DNA of 64,000 bases from Felis catus (taxonomy: Eukaryota), in the NCBI RefSeq assembly GCF_018350175.1, contig NC_058369.1, forward strand, positions 4,342,001 through 4,406,000, given 5' to 3'. Shown here piece by piece: positions 14,577 through 28,184 of the stretch (position 1 is the stretch's first letter; every line of letters starts with the position of its first letter). The notes beneath the pieces are model-generated. The model searched no databases, was not told where the DNA came from, and worked only from the letters and a program-made list of their open reading frames with translations. A program made the position numbers and the translations under genes.

Positions 14577-14772
14577 GGGGCACCTGGGTGGCTCAGTCAG
14601 TGGGGCATCCGACTCTTGATTTCGGCTCAGGTCATGATCTCACAGTTTCGAGATCGAGCCCTGTGTCGTGAAACCAGCTAGGGATTCTTTCTCTGCCTCT
14701 GCCCCTCCCTCGTGTGTACTTTGCGCTCTCTCAAGAAGAAAAACAAAAAAAAAAAGAAGTAAAGAAAATAAA
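14577..14772 (+). mobile_element. Carnivore SINEC (tRNA-derived), older, internally deleted
   Basis: GGGGCACCTGGGTGGCTCAGTC head, CT-rich region, A-rich tail. Confidence 0.85.
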
Positions 14773-15643
14773 GATACAAACAGATGTCAAAACACACCAA
14801 ATCTAGCACTTTGGTCACTCTGAAATCTTGCAAAGGGTATTAAATTACACCTGCTGTCCTGGGGGTGAGGGGTGGGGTGGAAGGGATCAACCATTTTTTT
14901 GGCCAAGTAGAGTCCTCATATAAGCTTGGGAAGCATCACCACAGAACATCAACTACCCTGGACACAACCCCAACCTTCCACACTGATTGGTCAGGGACGG
15001 ACATAAAATCAATGACTTCTGGGTAAACGGCAGCCTGCGACATCAGAATGCTACCATGGCACCAATCAGGCCTTTAACGAACTGCTAGCTCATTGCTAGG
15101 AGTTAGGTAAGGTATTCCCAACATCGGTGCAACCGAGACATTTGAAATCCAAGAGCAAGAAGCAACAAATAACAAAGATGGATGGTAAATACATAATGCA
15201 AGCCAAGTAATAGATAATTATTCTAAATGCATTTCTGCCAAGCTGGTTGGGGGCCAAAATATCTCCCTGAAATCTTTAAAGGTCCTGTCTTCCCCTTTAA
15301 CCACCATTACTCTCTCTCCTTCCTTCCTCCTTCCCTCCCCCTCTCCCTTCCTTCTGCCTTTTCTCTCCTACTCTTCCTAATGTACAGAGGCATTTCTAAA
15401 ATGAACCATTAAGAATTAGAAAGCAGCTTCCTACCACCGTTCATAGCGAGGCTTCTGAACCCTTTCCACACACGCCCGTCTTAACCTCTCACCAGGATAA
15501 CTTAAAGCCACAGGACCTTTTCCTTTCAAGCTCAAAGTGAAGGCTTAAAAGAGAAGTACCCTTGGCCTTGTGACCTGGGAGAGACCTCTGGAAGAAAACA
15601 GATCAGAGTAATCATGTGACGAGAGAACATACCGGCCCCTTAC

Positions 15644-15699
15644 CTTTTGTCCTTTATCCTTCTGAAACACAAAGACGGGCGGAGCAATGGCAGGTTTTT
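15644..15699 (-). CDS. RANBP3: RANBP3 coding exon 2 (EKPAIAPPVFVFQKDKGQK, 56 nt)
   Basis: Acceptor TTTTTGCAG|, donor AAG|GTAAGG. Peptide recognised as the RanBP3 N-terminal FxF region; frame continuous with exon 1. Confidence 0.95.
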
Positions 15700-17789
15700 C
15701 TGCAAAAAGAAAAATTGGTTGTTTTCCCCCCAACACTATATTCGGACAGTAAACAAAGCTACATTTGTTTGTAATAAGTTAAAAGCAAAAACCAAACCCG
15801 ATATAAAACTAGTAACTCCAAAGAACGTCAAAATCACTTAGAAAATGGTTTCTTAAAGTAGCCACGGGGGCGTGTTGTTTGTGAACATCTGACACTTAAT
15901 GTTAGGGTGTGTGCACTTTTCTGGTGCATGTTATACATCAAGAAAAAGGTTGCAAGACTCTCTCAGAACAGCCACGCCAGTAATGGACAGAGAGTGGTGG
16001 GGAGGGCGGCACGCTGCAGGGTATCCAAGGCAATGCCGTTCTGCGCCATCAACCGTGGCTTTGCAGGAATGTGGCACAGAGATGTCAGACCTTTACGTAG
16101 CATCTCCTGAATTTCAAATGCTGAAGACTAGTTTAGGTTTATCTTTTTTTTTTTTTTTTTTTTTTTAATTTATAGGCCAGCGGGGGCCGGGGGATAACCA
16201 GACTGCAACCTCTATCCACACAGCTCATGCTCTTTGGAGAGCTTACCCTGGTTGAGTCACCTGACATTCCACCTGGATCTCTAAGTGACTGCCCATTAAA
16301 ATAAAAAAAGGATTTAAGGAGTTGCGAAAATTCTGAGTCCATCTTGCACAGCTGTTGTGGAAGGAAGACACCCTTTGAAATGTTCAGACACATGATGAGA
16401 CCTATTGTTCTCAGGCAACACCATTTCTCTCTTACCCAGGGGCAGCTGAATCTACAGCCCTTGGCCACTCGTGCCTGCGTGGATGGCAGCGGGGACTGTG
16501 GGTGAGGACTACGTTCACCCGTGGGGGCAGGCCCGGATGCCGCCTGCCTCATTGCCTGGGGGTTGGGTATGGTGGCTCTGGGTGCACCCAGGGCCCTCGT
16601 CAGCATTCAAAGCCTCGAGAGCAGACAATGGATGGGAAGCGAGGGGGATCATGAATATGGGGAGCACCGCACAGCCCTGCTGTTATGGAGTCCTCGGTCC
16701 TGGGAAGCCAGGATAACAGAAAACCTTCACTTACACCAGCTTTACCCAGTAGGACCGCTAGGTGGGAGGGGACACAACCTCTGGTTCGAGAGCGCAGTCG
16801 TGTGGGGAGTGTGGGGAGCTGGTCATAGCGGCTGGTCTAGAGAGTCGGGAGAACTTTCCTGAGAAGAAGTGGCTATGCTGAAGTCCAAAGAGAAGAGGCC
16901 AGAGGGGCTTGTAAAGTGACAGGGAGCCCCAGGGGCAGATGATCTCTGTGCTAAAGATTCGGGAAAGTGCTGTAAAAGGAGTTGGGTTCAGGTTCAAAGA
17001 ACAGTGTGGGGAGGAGGCTATACAGAGACACTACTCATCAGGAGGGAATGGCGATCACCCACGCTAAAGATGGGGAGGGGAGGAGGTGGGAGGAGAAAAA
17101 GGGACAAGACTGAGATGATCAAAAGGACACTGGCCCATTCTCATCCCCCCAAATTTTCACTCTTTGGAGAAGTAGAACAGACACTGGTCTTGACTTGGGG
17201 GCAACAGCCCACTGATGGTGGCCATTCCCTCCACTGTGCTCCACGCAGCACCTGAGTCCCTGAGTCTGATCCACTGTGACAGTCCTCACCACACACAACC
17301 CACGACGAACACTGGGGTGGATGACATGGATGAGACCAAAGTACAAGGGAGGCGGCTGGGGGACAGAAGGGTCGCCTACGAAGCTTCCACGATTCTCTAA
17401 GCAGCCATGTCCCTGGCACAGGGGTTGGTGCTGCTTGACAAACCCACGAATGAATGAACGATTGAATGTGCCTATGCCAGACAATAAATGCCAGCGACAG
17501 AGGGGTGGAGGGGCCCTGGGACAGCAGCAGCTTATCCACACTATTTCTACTATGGGGGTCCCCAGAGATCTTCGGGCCCTGCCCTTTACCCCACAAGCCC
17601 AGCATCCAGGGCTGCAGATCCAGGCCTGGACCTCACTTATGCCTTAGACTCCCAGCCGCTGCAAGGAGCTAAGGCACACTGGAGGGAGTTGTGAGTGTGG
17701 GCCGGCCCTGCATCCCTCCAACCCCTCCCCATTTCTTTGGGGAACCACCCCTCCCTCGTCCCTGGGTTCTAGGTCTGAGGACGTTCCCC

Positions 17790-18142
17790 CAGGGGACACA
17801 ACATGTAAATAAGCCCAGGCCACTGACAGTGAATGAGACTTGGGTCTAGGACTTTTGTTGGAGCTGGTGAAGGGGTGCTCTGTCTCTACTGGGACTGCAG
17901 AGCTGGTGGAAGGTAACCCTGGGGTTGTGAGCAGTGTCACGTCACCAAAAGGGACCTTGGACCGGAGTCAACCCAGTGGGAAGCAGAGCTGGAGATGGAG
18001 GAGGAAACTGAATCCTGGAGAAACTGGTGGAAGCCGTGGGTCCAGCCCAGCCCAGAGCTAACCGCACCTCCACTGGACTTTTCAGTTAAGCCAACAAATG
18101 CTGATTTTTGCTTAAGCCAGTCTGAGCTTAGTTTCTGTCCCT
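17790..18142 (+). mobile_element. MLT1 (ERVL-MaLR) LTR relic
   Basis: 3' end GGACTTTTCAGTTAAGCCAACAAAT...GCTTAAGCCAGTCTGAGCTTAGTTTCTGTC. Confidence 0.6.
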
Positions 18143-21100
18143 TTCTCTGACAGCCTCCAGCTTGAGAGGAAAGGCGTAGCCACCGCAGACTTAACTAAAC
18201 ACACACACTACTCTGTACAAGAAACCTTGCATGGCCTCTCGGTGAAGCACAGATTCTCTTTCTCTCTCTCTCTCTCTCAGGACATATGACCACCAGGTAC
18301 ACTAAGTATTTATGGGTTATGCTCTATCTCCCCTAAGACATCAACTCCATGAGATCGGAGACCGCCTCGTTCCGCTTGCTGACTCGTGGTCTGAGATCAA
18401 TACTTGGCATCAACAAATACTGGATGGAGGGAGAAGTAAAGGTAAGGGGGTGCTGGAGAAAATGGATGGAAGGCCACTGAGGAAGGACTAGAACAGACAG
18501 AGAACCAACTGGATGGCAGACGAAGAGCTTTCTGGTGCTGGGAATTATGTCGGCACCCAGAAGGGGCTGCAGTGATTTGGGCAAACGAGGGAGAGTGGGC
18601 TGCCTCTGGGTCCCTGGGACAGGACAAAGCCACAGGGCAGGTCAAGGCACGAGCAGGGAGAGGTCCCGTGTGATAAGAACAACTCTGCACCACAACCGGG
18701 CACGCTGCTCAGCTGGGGTCGGAGGGAGGCAACAGAGGGGCCACGGGGGCCAAGCTGCGAAAGCGGCTTCCTGAAGAACTGCAACCCCGGCAGATACTCC
18801 CTCACCAGATCCCGGCCCGGGTCCTCCACTCCCATGGCAGGCCATCACTATGGTAGTTAAGAGCCTTGTTGCGGTTTCCCCACCTCCGCTCTCACTCCCT
18901 GAAGTCCAGTGTCCGCACGGCAGCCAGAAGCCCTGGTGTGACACACACACTTAAAGCAGCACCGCCCTCCCAGACGGGGCGGAGTCCCCCCCCCCCCCAG
19001 GCGGCCCCCACCTGACCACTACCCCGGCACTGCCCGGCCTGCTGCGTCTGTCCACCCCCTGCACGGCCTGTGGTCTGTCACGCTCTGGACGTCTGCTTGG
19101 AGCACATTCTCGTCTCTTCCGTGGCCTACACTCATTCGGGCACAGGCACCGTATCCCTTTGCAAGCTCCGAGTTTGAGCTACATTCCCGCCCCCTGTGCG
19201 CCTGGGCATGCTTTCGGCCTACACCCACCACAGGTCACACTGAGGCTGCCTGTCAGGGAGGCGGAGAGACCACGGATGCAGCATCCTCGGCTCATCAGCC
19301 GGTGCACACTACGAAGCAGCAGCCGATAAATGTTTGAACTGAATCCCCTCTGCACTTTTTCACACGTGTAACACTAGCTGCTATGTAATCACGTCAGTAT
19401 TTATTGAGCCCTTAAGCTGTGCAAGGCTCTACAGGAACAATGGGGAACAGGAAGTCAGGAGCAGAAAACCTCAGGGTAAAACACCTGATGAAAAGGGATG
19501 GGTGTGTTTGTATTCGTGGCCTGGAGCTTGTGGGGGGTAATTTGTTCGCTGCACCCCCCCCCAACATCTACCCCCCCCCTTGGCAGCTCTAGAAGAACGG
19601 GGGAGGGGGGGGCTCTGTTGTGTTCACCGCTGTGCCTTCAGAGCCACACACGTAGTAGAGGCTCAACACGAGGTTCGAGGGAATGAAATGTCACTAGGAT
19701 GGTGACCGGTGAGGTCAGGGCCCTCTGGGACCCCCACTGATGGATGGTTTGGTGACTGTGACAAACCCAACCACTACACTAACCAAAATGTGGCCACAAA
19801 CTTCCGTCAGTTCTCCACCAAAAACACAAAGCACCAGAGTCACACAGATTTCATTTCCACTGGGCTCCAGGAGGGCCGACGTCCATTAAGTCTGCAAATT
19901 AGTGCTGACGTTACAAAAGGACAACTCAGATGCACCCCATTCCAAGGAGGAGCGCCCCACACTCACCACAGCAGCCACAGACTTTTCTTAACTGGCTCCC
20001 ATCAAACCGCCTCTGGTTATGTCACTGGACAAGCAGACTTCACTCAGCCAGCTGAAACCCAAGTTTGGGGAATGAACAGGGGACAGAGCAATGAGGCTTC
20101 TGGGACTTTTGCTTGAATTCCCAGCCCAGCCGGTCTGTCACAAGCAAAGGGAAAAACACCACCGGAGATTTCTAGACATACCCGGGCCACCACGAAGACC
20201 GAAAATATGAAAATGTTAATCAAATGCCAACAATTTGATCCAGATTCTGTCAACCAGGTGTTCTGTTTTGTTCCTGTGAAATGTCTCTGATTGAAGGAGT
20301 TTGGAAAGAAGGAGCTCTCCTGGGGCACTGGCTCAACACATCAGCACAGCAAGGGTTAAGAAAATCAACAGTGAAGAAACCTGCTCAACCAAATGTTCCC
20401 CAAAGTTGTATGACCAGGGAACCCCTTTCCTCATCCCCTCCCCGATGTGAGGCGTGAGAACTGTATCCTGTGGATGACCGTGGCCAACACTGGTGTGTGA
20501 AGTGGAGTGCGATTCGGAGCCCCCGAGCGGCTCCCACTACAGTGGGCTCCACCGGCTGGGAATGTGGGAGGTGCTCTGGCCTCCGTGAAGCTCTCAACGG
20601 CACTGCGTGCCAAGTCCACGGTGGCTGCTGCCACGTCCAAACCCTCCTCCACACGCTCCTGCCCGGCTCACGCAGTCCAGGCGGCACCTAGCCTGAGCCC
20701 AACTGTGATCCCAGATGCTGATCAGGCCCCGGGGCAGGAAACATCTCCCAACCTCCCAATCCCCAGCAAACAGCAGGGTCGGGGGCACTGGCCAGGAGCA
20801 GAAAGGAGTGAACCCCCGGGACATCGGGCCCACAGGACCTGCTCTCCCCCTGGTCCTGCGTCCCGTGCCACCCTCCGCCCAACTGTGAGGCACAGATGCA
20901 AAATGGGACTGCCCAGCTGTAATCCCTGAGGACGGGGGCCGTCCTGGATCTGGTCTTTGCAGTCATGGTGACAACACGGACAGGCAAGCCCAGTCACAGA
21001 AAGGCTGCAGAGTTCTTGTTTCAAACCTCTGCCAGATGTCTGGGACTTCTCCACACCCCCCCCCCCCCAAACCCGTCTTCAGGCCGGTGCTGCTCCCAGG

Positions 21101-24100
21101 GGCATTGCTGACACAGACCTGACTGACAGGACACTCTACGCCACCCAGCAGAGCCTGGGAACCACTCCGCCTGCTGCATATCTCGCTACATTCATAGCTT
21201 CAATCCTAATATTCATTCGGCAACTCCACACACCCGAGAGCCCGCTGGGCACCAGGCCTCATGCTGGCCTCCAGGGTGTGGTGGTGACAAGGAGAGATGT
21301 GTCCCCTGCCTGCCAAGAGCCGACGTTAGACTTCAGTTGAATGTTGCAACACAGAAGAAGCACAAAAGTGACTCGAGTGCAGAGCAGGGGCATCCAACCC
21401 GGTGAGGGTGTGGAAAAGGAGTGGATCCGGGAAGGTTTCTAGAGGGATGTGCCATCCAAGCAGAGAAGGACAGCAGCATCTAGCCAGGTGACCAGGAACG
21501 GGGATGAGGAGGGCAGCAGAAAGCGAGGAGCACCGGGAGAACTCAAAGGTCAAGGTGGTGTCTGCTCTGTGCCTGCTACTTTACTAATGCTTGCAACATA
21601 CCAGCTGACTCCCGACCCTCAAGGACAGACAGAAAACAGACCACCCCAGCCCAGGGCCACAGGAGCACAGTGCGCCCCCTGCCTTCACCGGATCCCAGGT
21701 TTGCACATCTACATCTGCGAGGTCTAGTGTAAAAGCTCCTGGAAGGTAAGCACCAATCATTCAGGCAGTTCCTTTCTTGAAGACACGAGTTAAAGATGGC
21801 TCCAAAGAAAGAAGGCGGGGGTCCCTGACATGCAGGCTCCCTCCCGACCCAAGGGACCACAGACCACTCTCCCTACAGGGAGCACAACTCTCTGGGTAAA
21901 AGGTTCGGGGCGGGGGGGGGGCGGGGTACCTCCAAGAAGGCAGGCCCTTCTCCTAGGGCAGAACTGAGCTGGGGCCCCGGCTCATAGAGAAAGTCCTTAG
22001 ATGCCTTGGGTGCAGGTGAAGGAAGTCCTAAAAGCCTTACCCAAAAGTCACGTCCATAATTTGGTGTATGATATCTGTGTCAGGGAGAGGGCCCAAAGAA
22101 TACCTCCTCAAACAGTGGTAAAGAGGCTCAAAATGAGAGAGTTTTAAACAAGTCCCATACTTGAGAGAATTAAAACACTGGGCTTCCTGGTACCGCCCCT
22201 ATAAGTAGGCCAGGGACCAGGACTCAGGGTTTTCCTTTGTCTCTTCTGTCCAGAAGCTGACTGGTGGCAAAACCCTAAAGAGAAAATGACGTATGTACCT
22301 ATCTCAGCGGCAGCAAGAATGCAAGAAGGAAAGGGGCGCAGCGAGAATGTTTTGCATGGAAGCCAGTGTAAGAAGGAAGAAGAACCCTTTGGGGGGCAAG
22401 CAGGTGACGGCAACTGCCCAGATGTGAGGAAAGGAGGTGGAGTCCCCGCCACCGGCTGCAAGCGTGGGAAGGAGAGCACGGAGCTGGCCCGGACCCCAGA
22501 GGTGGCTCCGCGACAGAAGAGAATGCTTCTCCACCTGTGGGTAACAGAGGTCCTGGGATTGGGATCCCATCTTTAGACTTCTCCCAGCCTGTGTCATGTG
22601 ATTCACAGCAAGGACATTCCTAGTTGGGGTTTCCCAAAACCCCGGGATGGTTTCATACGTGGGTGAGCACTCAGAGGGGGCATATTTATGGGCTGGGCAG
22701 GCACTCCATGCTTGATATGCCTCACCTCCCTGAATCTTTGCAACCACTTCTGGAGGGAGGTCACACAAAGGTCTTTATTTTACAGAAGAGAAAATGGAGA
22801 CTCAGAGGCTTGAGTGACCCAAGGTGCCGCCAGGTCTCCAACTGCATCTGAGCTACGCTGCCAGCCAGGTACCAGGGCCAAGGGGGGAAGTTACTACTTC
22901 AGTTTGCATCCTTCCATATTTTCCGCTTGGCTGGGCCTTAGAGCTTAAGATGTGGACACTCTTTTCTTCTGGGAAGTAATAACATCAGGAAGAAAGCAGC
23001 TGTCAGTTAACATTCCAGAAAAGCACACAGGAAACCAGACGGTGCGTGATGAGTTTTGGGGTGACCATCTGCCTCAGACAAGGGTGCTGTTAGGCCAACA
23101 GCAGATCCCTAGGATGGCCAAGGACGGAATGAAGCCACAGTCCCAGGTGTGGACGCTCTACAGTGAGACAAGGTGCACTGACTTCATCTTTCCAGTGTCA
23201 ACCCCACGATGCCCTGCAGAACATATTCAGAATCTAAGCCGAAAACCCATTCTCTCCACGCTGTGCAAGAAGTAAAGTACACAGACACTACCAGCAGGCC
23301 CGCCCTCCCAACAAGCTTTGACACCCCCAGCGGCTGCCTCCAACCTTTGTCTCTCAGGACTGTCTGTTAAACTAAACAGAAGAAAATATGTAGGCCCAGG
23401 AAAACACAGAGAAGGGAATCTGGAATATCTTTGCCTGTTCTGTTTATTCCCCTCCTAAATGATGACTCAAACACCTGCCAGGAAACGGCCCCCATCTGGA
23501 AAGCCACTTGGAATTCTTGACCAAAATGTCAGCAAGGTACTTGTGTAAAATGAGCTTTAATCCTGGGCCGATGTGTCTTGATCTTCTTATCTGTGCAAAA
23601 AATATGGAAAGCATCTTGGCAACACAAATAACAGTCTGTTAAGACGTGACAACTGCTTTAATCCTACAACACTTTCTATCTCAACCCTTCAAGTTATTTC
23701 TTTGCTCAGGAATTATTATAAACAGTTCAGTGCAGCAACATAAAGGTGAATTTGTCACTGATGTGTCGACTCTATTCGCAAACTAATTCTCTGGTGAAGA
23801 ATAGATAATCTCAAACATGCTGTTGCTAGGTGATGCCTCTCTTGATCTTGGTGTCCCAAATGCTCAGTGGCCACCCAGTCCAACTAGGAGAGGGTGGGGG
23901 GGCCCCTTAATTCCTTTTTCAGTACTAGAATATGTTCTTCCCCAAGCAACTCCCAGCTGGCTTCAGGGAGATCATACAGGGCATAGTTTTGGAGGTGATG
24001 CTATCTTTTATTTTACGCACTTCTCTCTGGAACGCTCTCTTCATCCTGCCATTATCTTTACCTACTGAAATCCAAGCCACTTTTCAATGCCGTAATCTAT

Positions 24101-24199
24101 GCTGGGGACGCTGCTGTGTCCCCATACTTCAAACAACAGTGTGAGCAACACGCAACCCACGTTTGCTGAAAGGCCTCTACTAGACCCAGCAGCAGGTGC

Positions 24200-24385
24200 T
24201 TCACACACCCAGTCTCATTTCATTTAATGTCATCACATTCCTGTGATGTCCACACTGTTTATCATCTCTGATCTGCAAATCATGAGATAAGACTGAGACG
24301 CCTCAGACAGATAGTGCTTTGCTCGAAGTCACAAAGCTGGTAAGTGGCAGAGCTGGGACCAGAACCCTGAGTCTGACTTCCCAGC
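24200..24385 (-). mobile_element. MIR
   Basis: TTTGCTCGAAGTCACAAAGCTGGTAAGTGGCAGAGCTGGGACCAGAACCC...TCTGACT. Confidence 0.6.
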
Positions 24386-25230
24386 TGGATGCCTCGGGTC
24401 CCCTGAGGCCAAGGCTCACTCTGCCGCCTTCTACACAAATGCCTTCTACACAAATCGGCCCTGCAGTCGAGCCTTTCTGTCCCTCCCTCTCCGCCCCAGT
24501 CGCCCAGACTGTAAATGGCTGTGACAGAACCTGTGCTTCGGGCACCTCTGTGCCTTGAATCCAAGAGAAACCCCATACACTTATTCAATAAATCATACAA
24601 AGTCAGCAACTTCACCAAAAGAACGGAATTCAGGGAGCCAGTTTTGCCACACGTTTCTAACTCTGCCGCTAGGTGGCGCGACAGAGGCAGAGCTGAGGTG
24701 AAACAAAAGTGGCGGAAGGCTGGGGGAAAGTTCCAGGAAAGACCAAGGAAACCACCCCCACAGGAAGGAAACCTAAGGACTACAGAACTTCTGCTGAGGC
24801 AGCAGACCGAAACTGATGAAATGCGGGCTCTGATTTTTGTGTGCATTCAAACTGGCCTCAACCACTTGTGGCTGGGATCCTGGGCACTGCAACTTACCTT
24901 CCATCCCCCAGGCAGTCCCAGGGAGGGTTAAATGGAATTATGCACACAAAGTGTTTCCGGAGTGGCTGGCACACAGCGGGGATTCCACCTCGGCATGACT
25001 ATCATTATTATAGTTATACCCAGAAAACTGCAAGCACATTGATGCCACCTTAAAGCATGGGTCTGGGATTCAAGGACTGGATCCAACCCCCAGGCCCCCA
25101 ACAATGATGCGTGCCTCAAAATGTGGCCCCGTCTAAAGCTGCCCAGATTCCAGGACAACTCAAATGCTCAGTTGTTCAGACTCCCTCAAGCCCTGACCTG
25201 AAGGAAGGCTAGCCAGTTAAACCCTGGCCT

Positions 25231-25294
25231 ACGATTTACTGAGCCTCTACCATGTGCCAGCCACACGATTTACTGAGCCTCTACCATGTGCCAG
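25231..25294. repeat. Perfect 30-bp direct duplication (period 34)
   Basis: ACGATTTACTGAGCCTCTACCATGTGCCAG at 25231-25260 and 25265-25294. Confidence 0.95.
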
Positions 25295-25651
25295 AACACC
25301 ATGTCTGGCACTGGAGACAGGATGAACGGTAGACAAGAGGGGCCATAAGGAAGGTAAGACAGGGTGGTGGGAAAGAGTACTGTAGGGGGAATGGTTGGGT
25401 GTGGCCTCCCTAAGGTGTCATTCGAACCTCAGACATTAAAGGAGTAAGGCAGGTGAAGGCAGAGTGTGTTGTGCAGAGGGCATCCCAGGTACGAGAGTCC
25501 TAAGGACAGAAAGAATTTAGAGGCTAATGTGGCTGGAGAGTTAGAAAAACATAGTAGGTGGGGTTGGGGTCCATGGTGAGGAGTCTGGATTTATCCAGTT
25601 TAAAGGGAGGCCAGAGGAGGAGACCAAGGAGGGGAGTTTGATCTGGTTCAT

Positions 25652-26015
25652 ATTTGTGTTTATTTATTTAAATGTTTGTTTATTTAGAGAGAGACAGAGA
25701 GTGAGTGGGGGAGGAACAGAGAGAGAGGGAGACACAGAATCCGAAGCAGGCTCCAGGCTCTGAGGTGTCAGCACAGAGCCTGACACGGGGCTCGAACCCA
25801 CAAACCGTGAGATCATGACCTGAGCCGAAGTCTGACACTTAACGACTGAGCCACCCAGGCGCCCCTGTATTTATTTTTTTAAGTTCATTTATTTATTCTG
25901 AGACAGAAGGAGGGAGGAGCAGAGAGAGGGAGAGAGACAATCCCAAGCAGGCTCCAGGCTGTCAGCGCAGAGCCCGACACGGGGCTCGATCTCATGAATC
26001 CTGAGACCATGACCT
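25652..26015 (-). mobile_element. Two adjacent SINEC copies (full 25652-25865; 5'-truncated about 25868-26015) inside an L2 fragment
   Basis: Reverse complement of the SINEC head at 25865; GA-rich regions and T-rich tails. Confidence 0.85.
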
Positions 26016-27188
26016 GGTTTGTATTTTTAAAGGATCTCGCTGGCAGTGGTCCTCACACAATTCTTCCTATTCTTGTGTGTGACAAAGGTTTGGTAATAAA
26101 ATGCTGGGGAACATCTCCCTGGGGGTGGTGAGGAGGACAGGTCTCATGGAGGCAAGCACAAAAGAGGGGACCAGTGAGAAGCCTTCAGGAATCATCTAGG
26201 TGACAAGTGGTGGGGCAAATAGCAACCTGGGCTAGTCCTGTGGCCTTGGAGACGGGGCAAAGTGGGTACTCTGGCAGACTGTGGAGACTGAGCTGGCTGG
26301 TGCCTCAGCTGTGGGAAGACAGAGGATGGTAAAGGGGCCGTGAAAGTACGTCTTGCTCACTCAGTGGCAGACGCTGTTAGCTAAAACAAGCCTGTCTTGT
26401 GGCAATGAGACCCCACAAGCAGGGGGGCCCTCCAATGGTGCTGATAATGACTGATCCGGGCCCTGGACTCTTAGATCCCCATGGGCTACCGCCATCAACA
26501 CCACGAGACATCCTTTCCCCTCTGAGTAAAGGGTGGTCCGTGTCCTCACAACCTGAGAAAGCCAAATTCGCAAAAACCGTGTGCCCCATTCCCACTCTGC
26601 TATTACAAATGTGACACAGCCATTTTCTGGGTCAGCAAATTCCTGAAATTCTGTGTGGCAAACCTGGGGGAGTTCAACTACAGCAAAGGCATTTTAAACT
26701 TACTACACAGAGCAAGGCCTGCCTTCTAAACACGTGCATGGAATAACCACTCCCATCTCTGCAAATACCAAGTTCTCTTTGAGAGGAACAGCCAAGCATA
26801 GTGCCCTACGTGGGCCAGTCTTCCGGAGGAGAACTCGTGCCCATGAAGTCAGTGCTACTGACCCACCACAAATGACTGACCGTGGGCTCCCAGGCCAAAG
26901 AATGGAAGGAGGCACACTGTCCCAGTTGACTCTCCCTGCTTACATGGCCTTTGGCCCCAGCCCAAAATGGAAATGGAACGGCCCGAACCCAGAGCATCTC
27001 TGAAGGTCCTTACATTGAACTTGAGACAGTGCTGAATGAAGGTCATGGTTCCTCCTTAACAGGGATATGAAGTACATGATCCCACTCATCTGCCAAAAGG
27101 CCACAATGGAAAAAGGCTGGGAGGGTGAGCCCTAAATTCCAGTTGGTAAACAATCTATTCCTGCATAGTTTTATTTCATTTCATAACC

Positions 27189-27403
27189 CAGTGCTTCTCA
27201 CCCATGGGTGATGGGCCCCTTGGGGACAGCAGGCGATGGCTGGAGATACTTCTGGTTATCACAGTGTGGGGGAGCTGCTAATGGCACCTAGTGGGTGGAG
27301 ACCAGGGACGCTGATCAGTATCCTACAGCGCACAGGAGGATCCCCAAACCATAAAGAATAATCCAACCCCAAATGCTAACTGTGTTGAGGTTGAAAAACT
27401 TTG
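27189..27403 (+). mobile_element. MER20-like
   Basis: CAGTGCTTCTCA...GGCACCTAGTGGGTGGAGACCAGGGACGCTG...GAGGTTGAAAAAC. Confidence 0.8.
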
Positions 27404-27629
27404 CATTAATTATTTTGAAAATACTGCATTAGATCCTAACTTGCATTATACACTAAAGTAAGTGCCCAGTGGGTCACACGGGACAAACTGGGGTGGTCCC
27501 TAGCTTTTGTGAGTCACCTCTCCTCTCCCTCCCCACACTCTGTATTTAAATGTGTGCAGCATCCTAGGACCCAGTAGGTCAGATGATTGGGTAATGTAGT
27601 TTCTTGGGACTCAATGGACTCCCCTAACC

Positions 27630-27827
27630 CAGGGGTTCTTAAAACTCAGGCGATTCTGCCCAAGGGGACATCTGGCAATGTATGGAGACGTTTTTCCTTG
27701 TCGTGACCGGGGGCAGGGGGTGCCACTGGCATCATATAAAGGCCACAGATACTGCTAAACATCTTGTGATGCATAGGACAGTCCCCACCAGTCCCAATGT
27801 CAATTATGCTGAAGTGGAGAAACACGG
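27630..27827 (+). mobile_element. MER20-like
   Basis: GGGGACATCTGGCAATGTATGGAGAC...CTGCTAAACATC...GAGAAACAC. Confidence 0.8.
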
Positions 27828-28184
27828 CTATAATCCAAAGGCAGCTTTCGCTCTACTTGGACATCCACCAGAAGAGTAACATCCGGTAGTAACTGACAGC
27901 ACATCTCCACATGCCAGTGGGTCAATTACCCGACACACGTTCTCCCTCAACAATGACCCTCAGGCTTGATGAGCATCATCCCCATTCTACAGATGCAGGA
28001 ACAGAGGTCAAATATGCTGCCCAAGATTCTGGGCAAGTGAGTGGCAGAGGTAAGACACAAACCAATTGTGCCATGAGGAGTCAACCAGAGCCTGCCAGGC
28101 AGTCCCGGGTTACAATTGCCCCAGGCTGGAGAGACGAGGGAGAAACCCATGCCGATCTCACTACAGGCTCCACGATCACATGCC

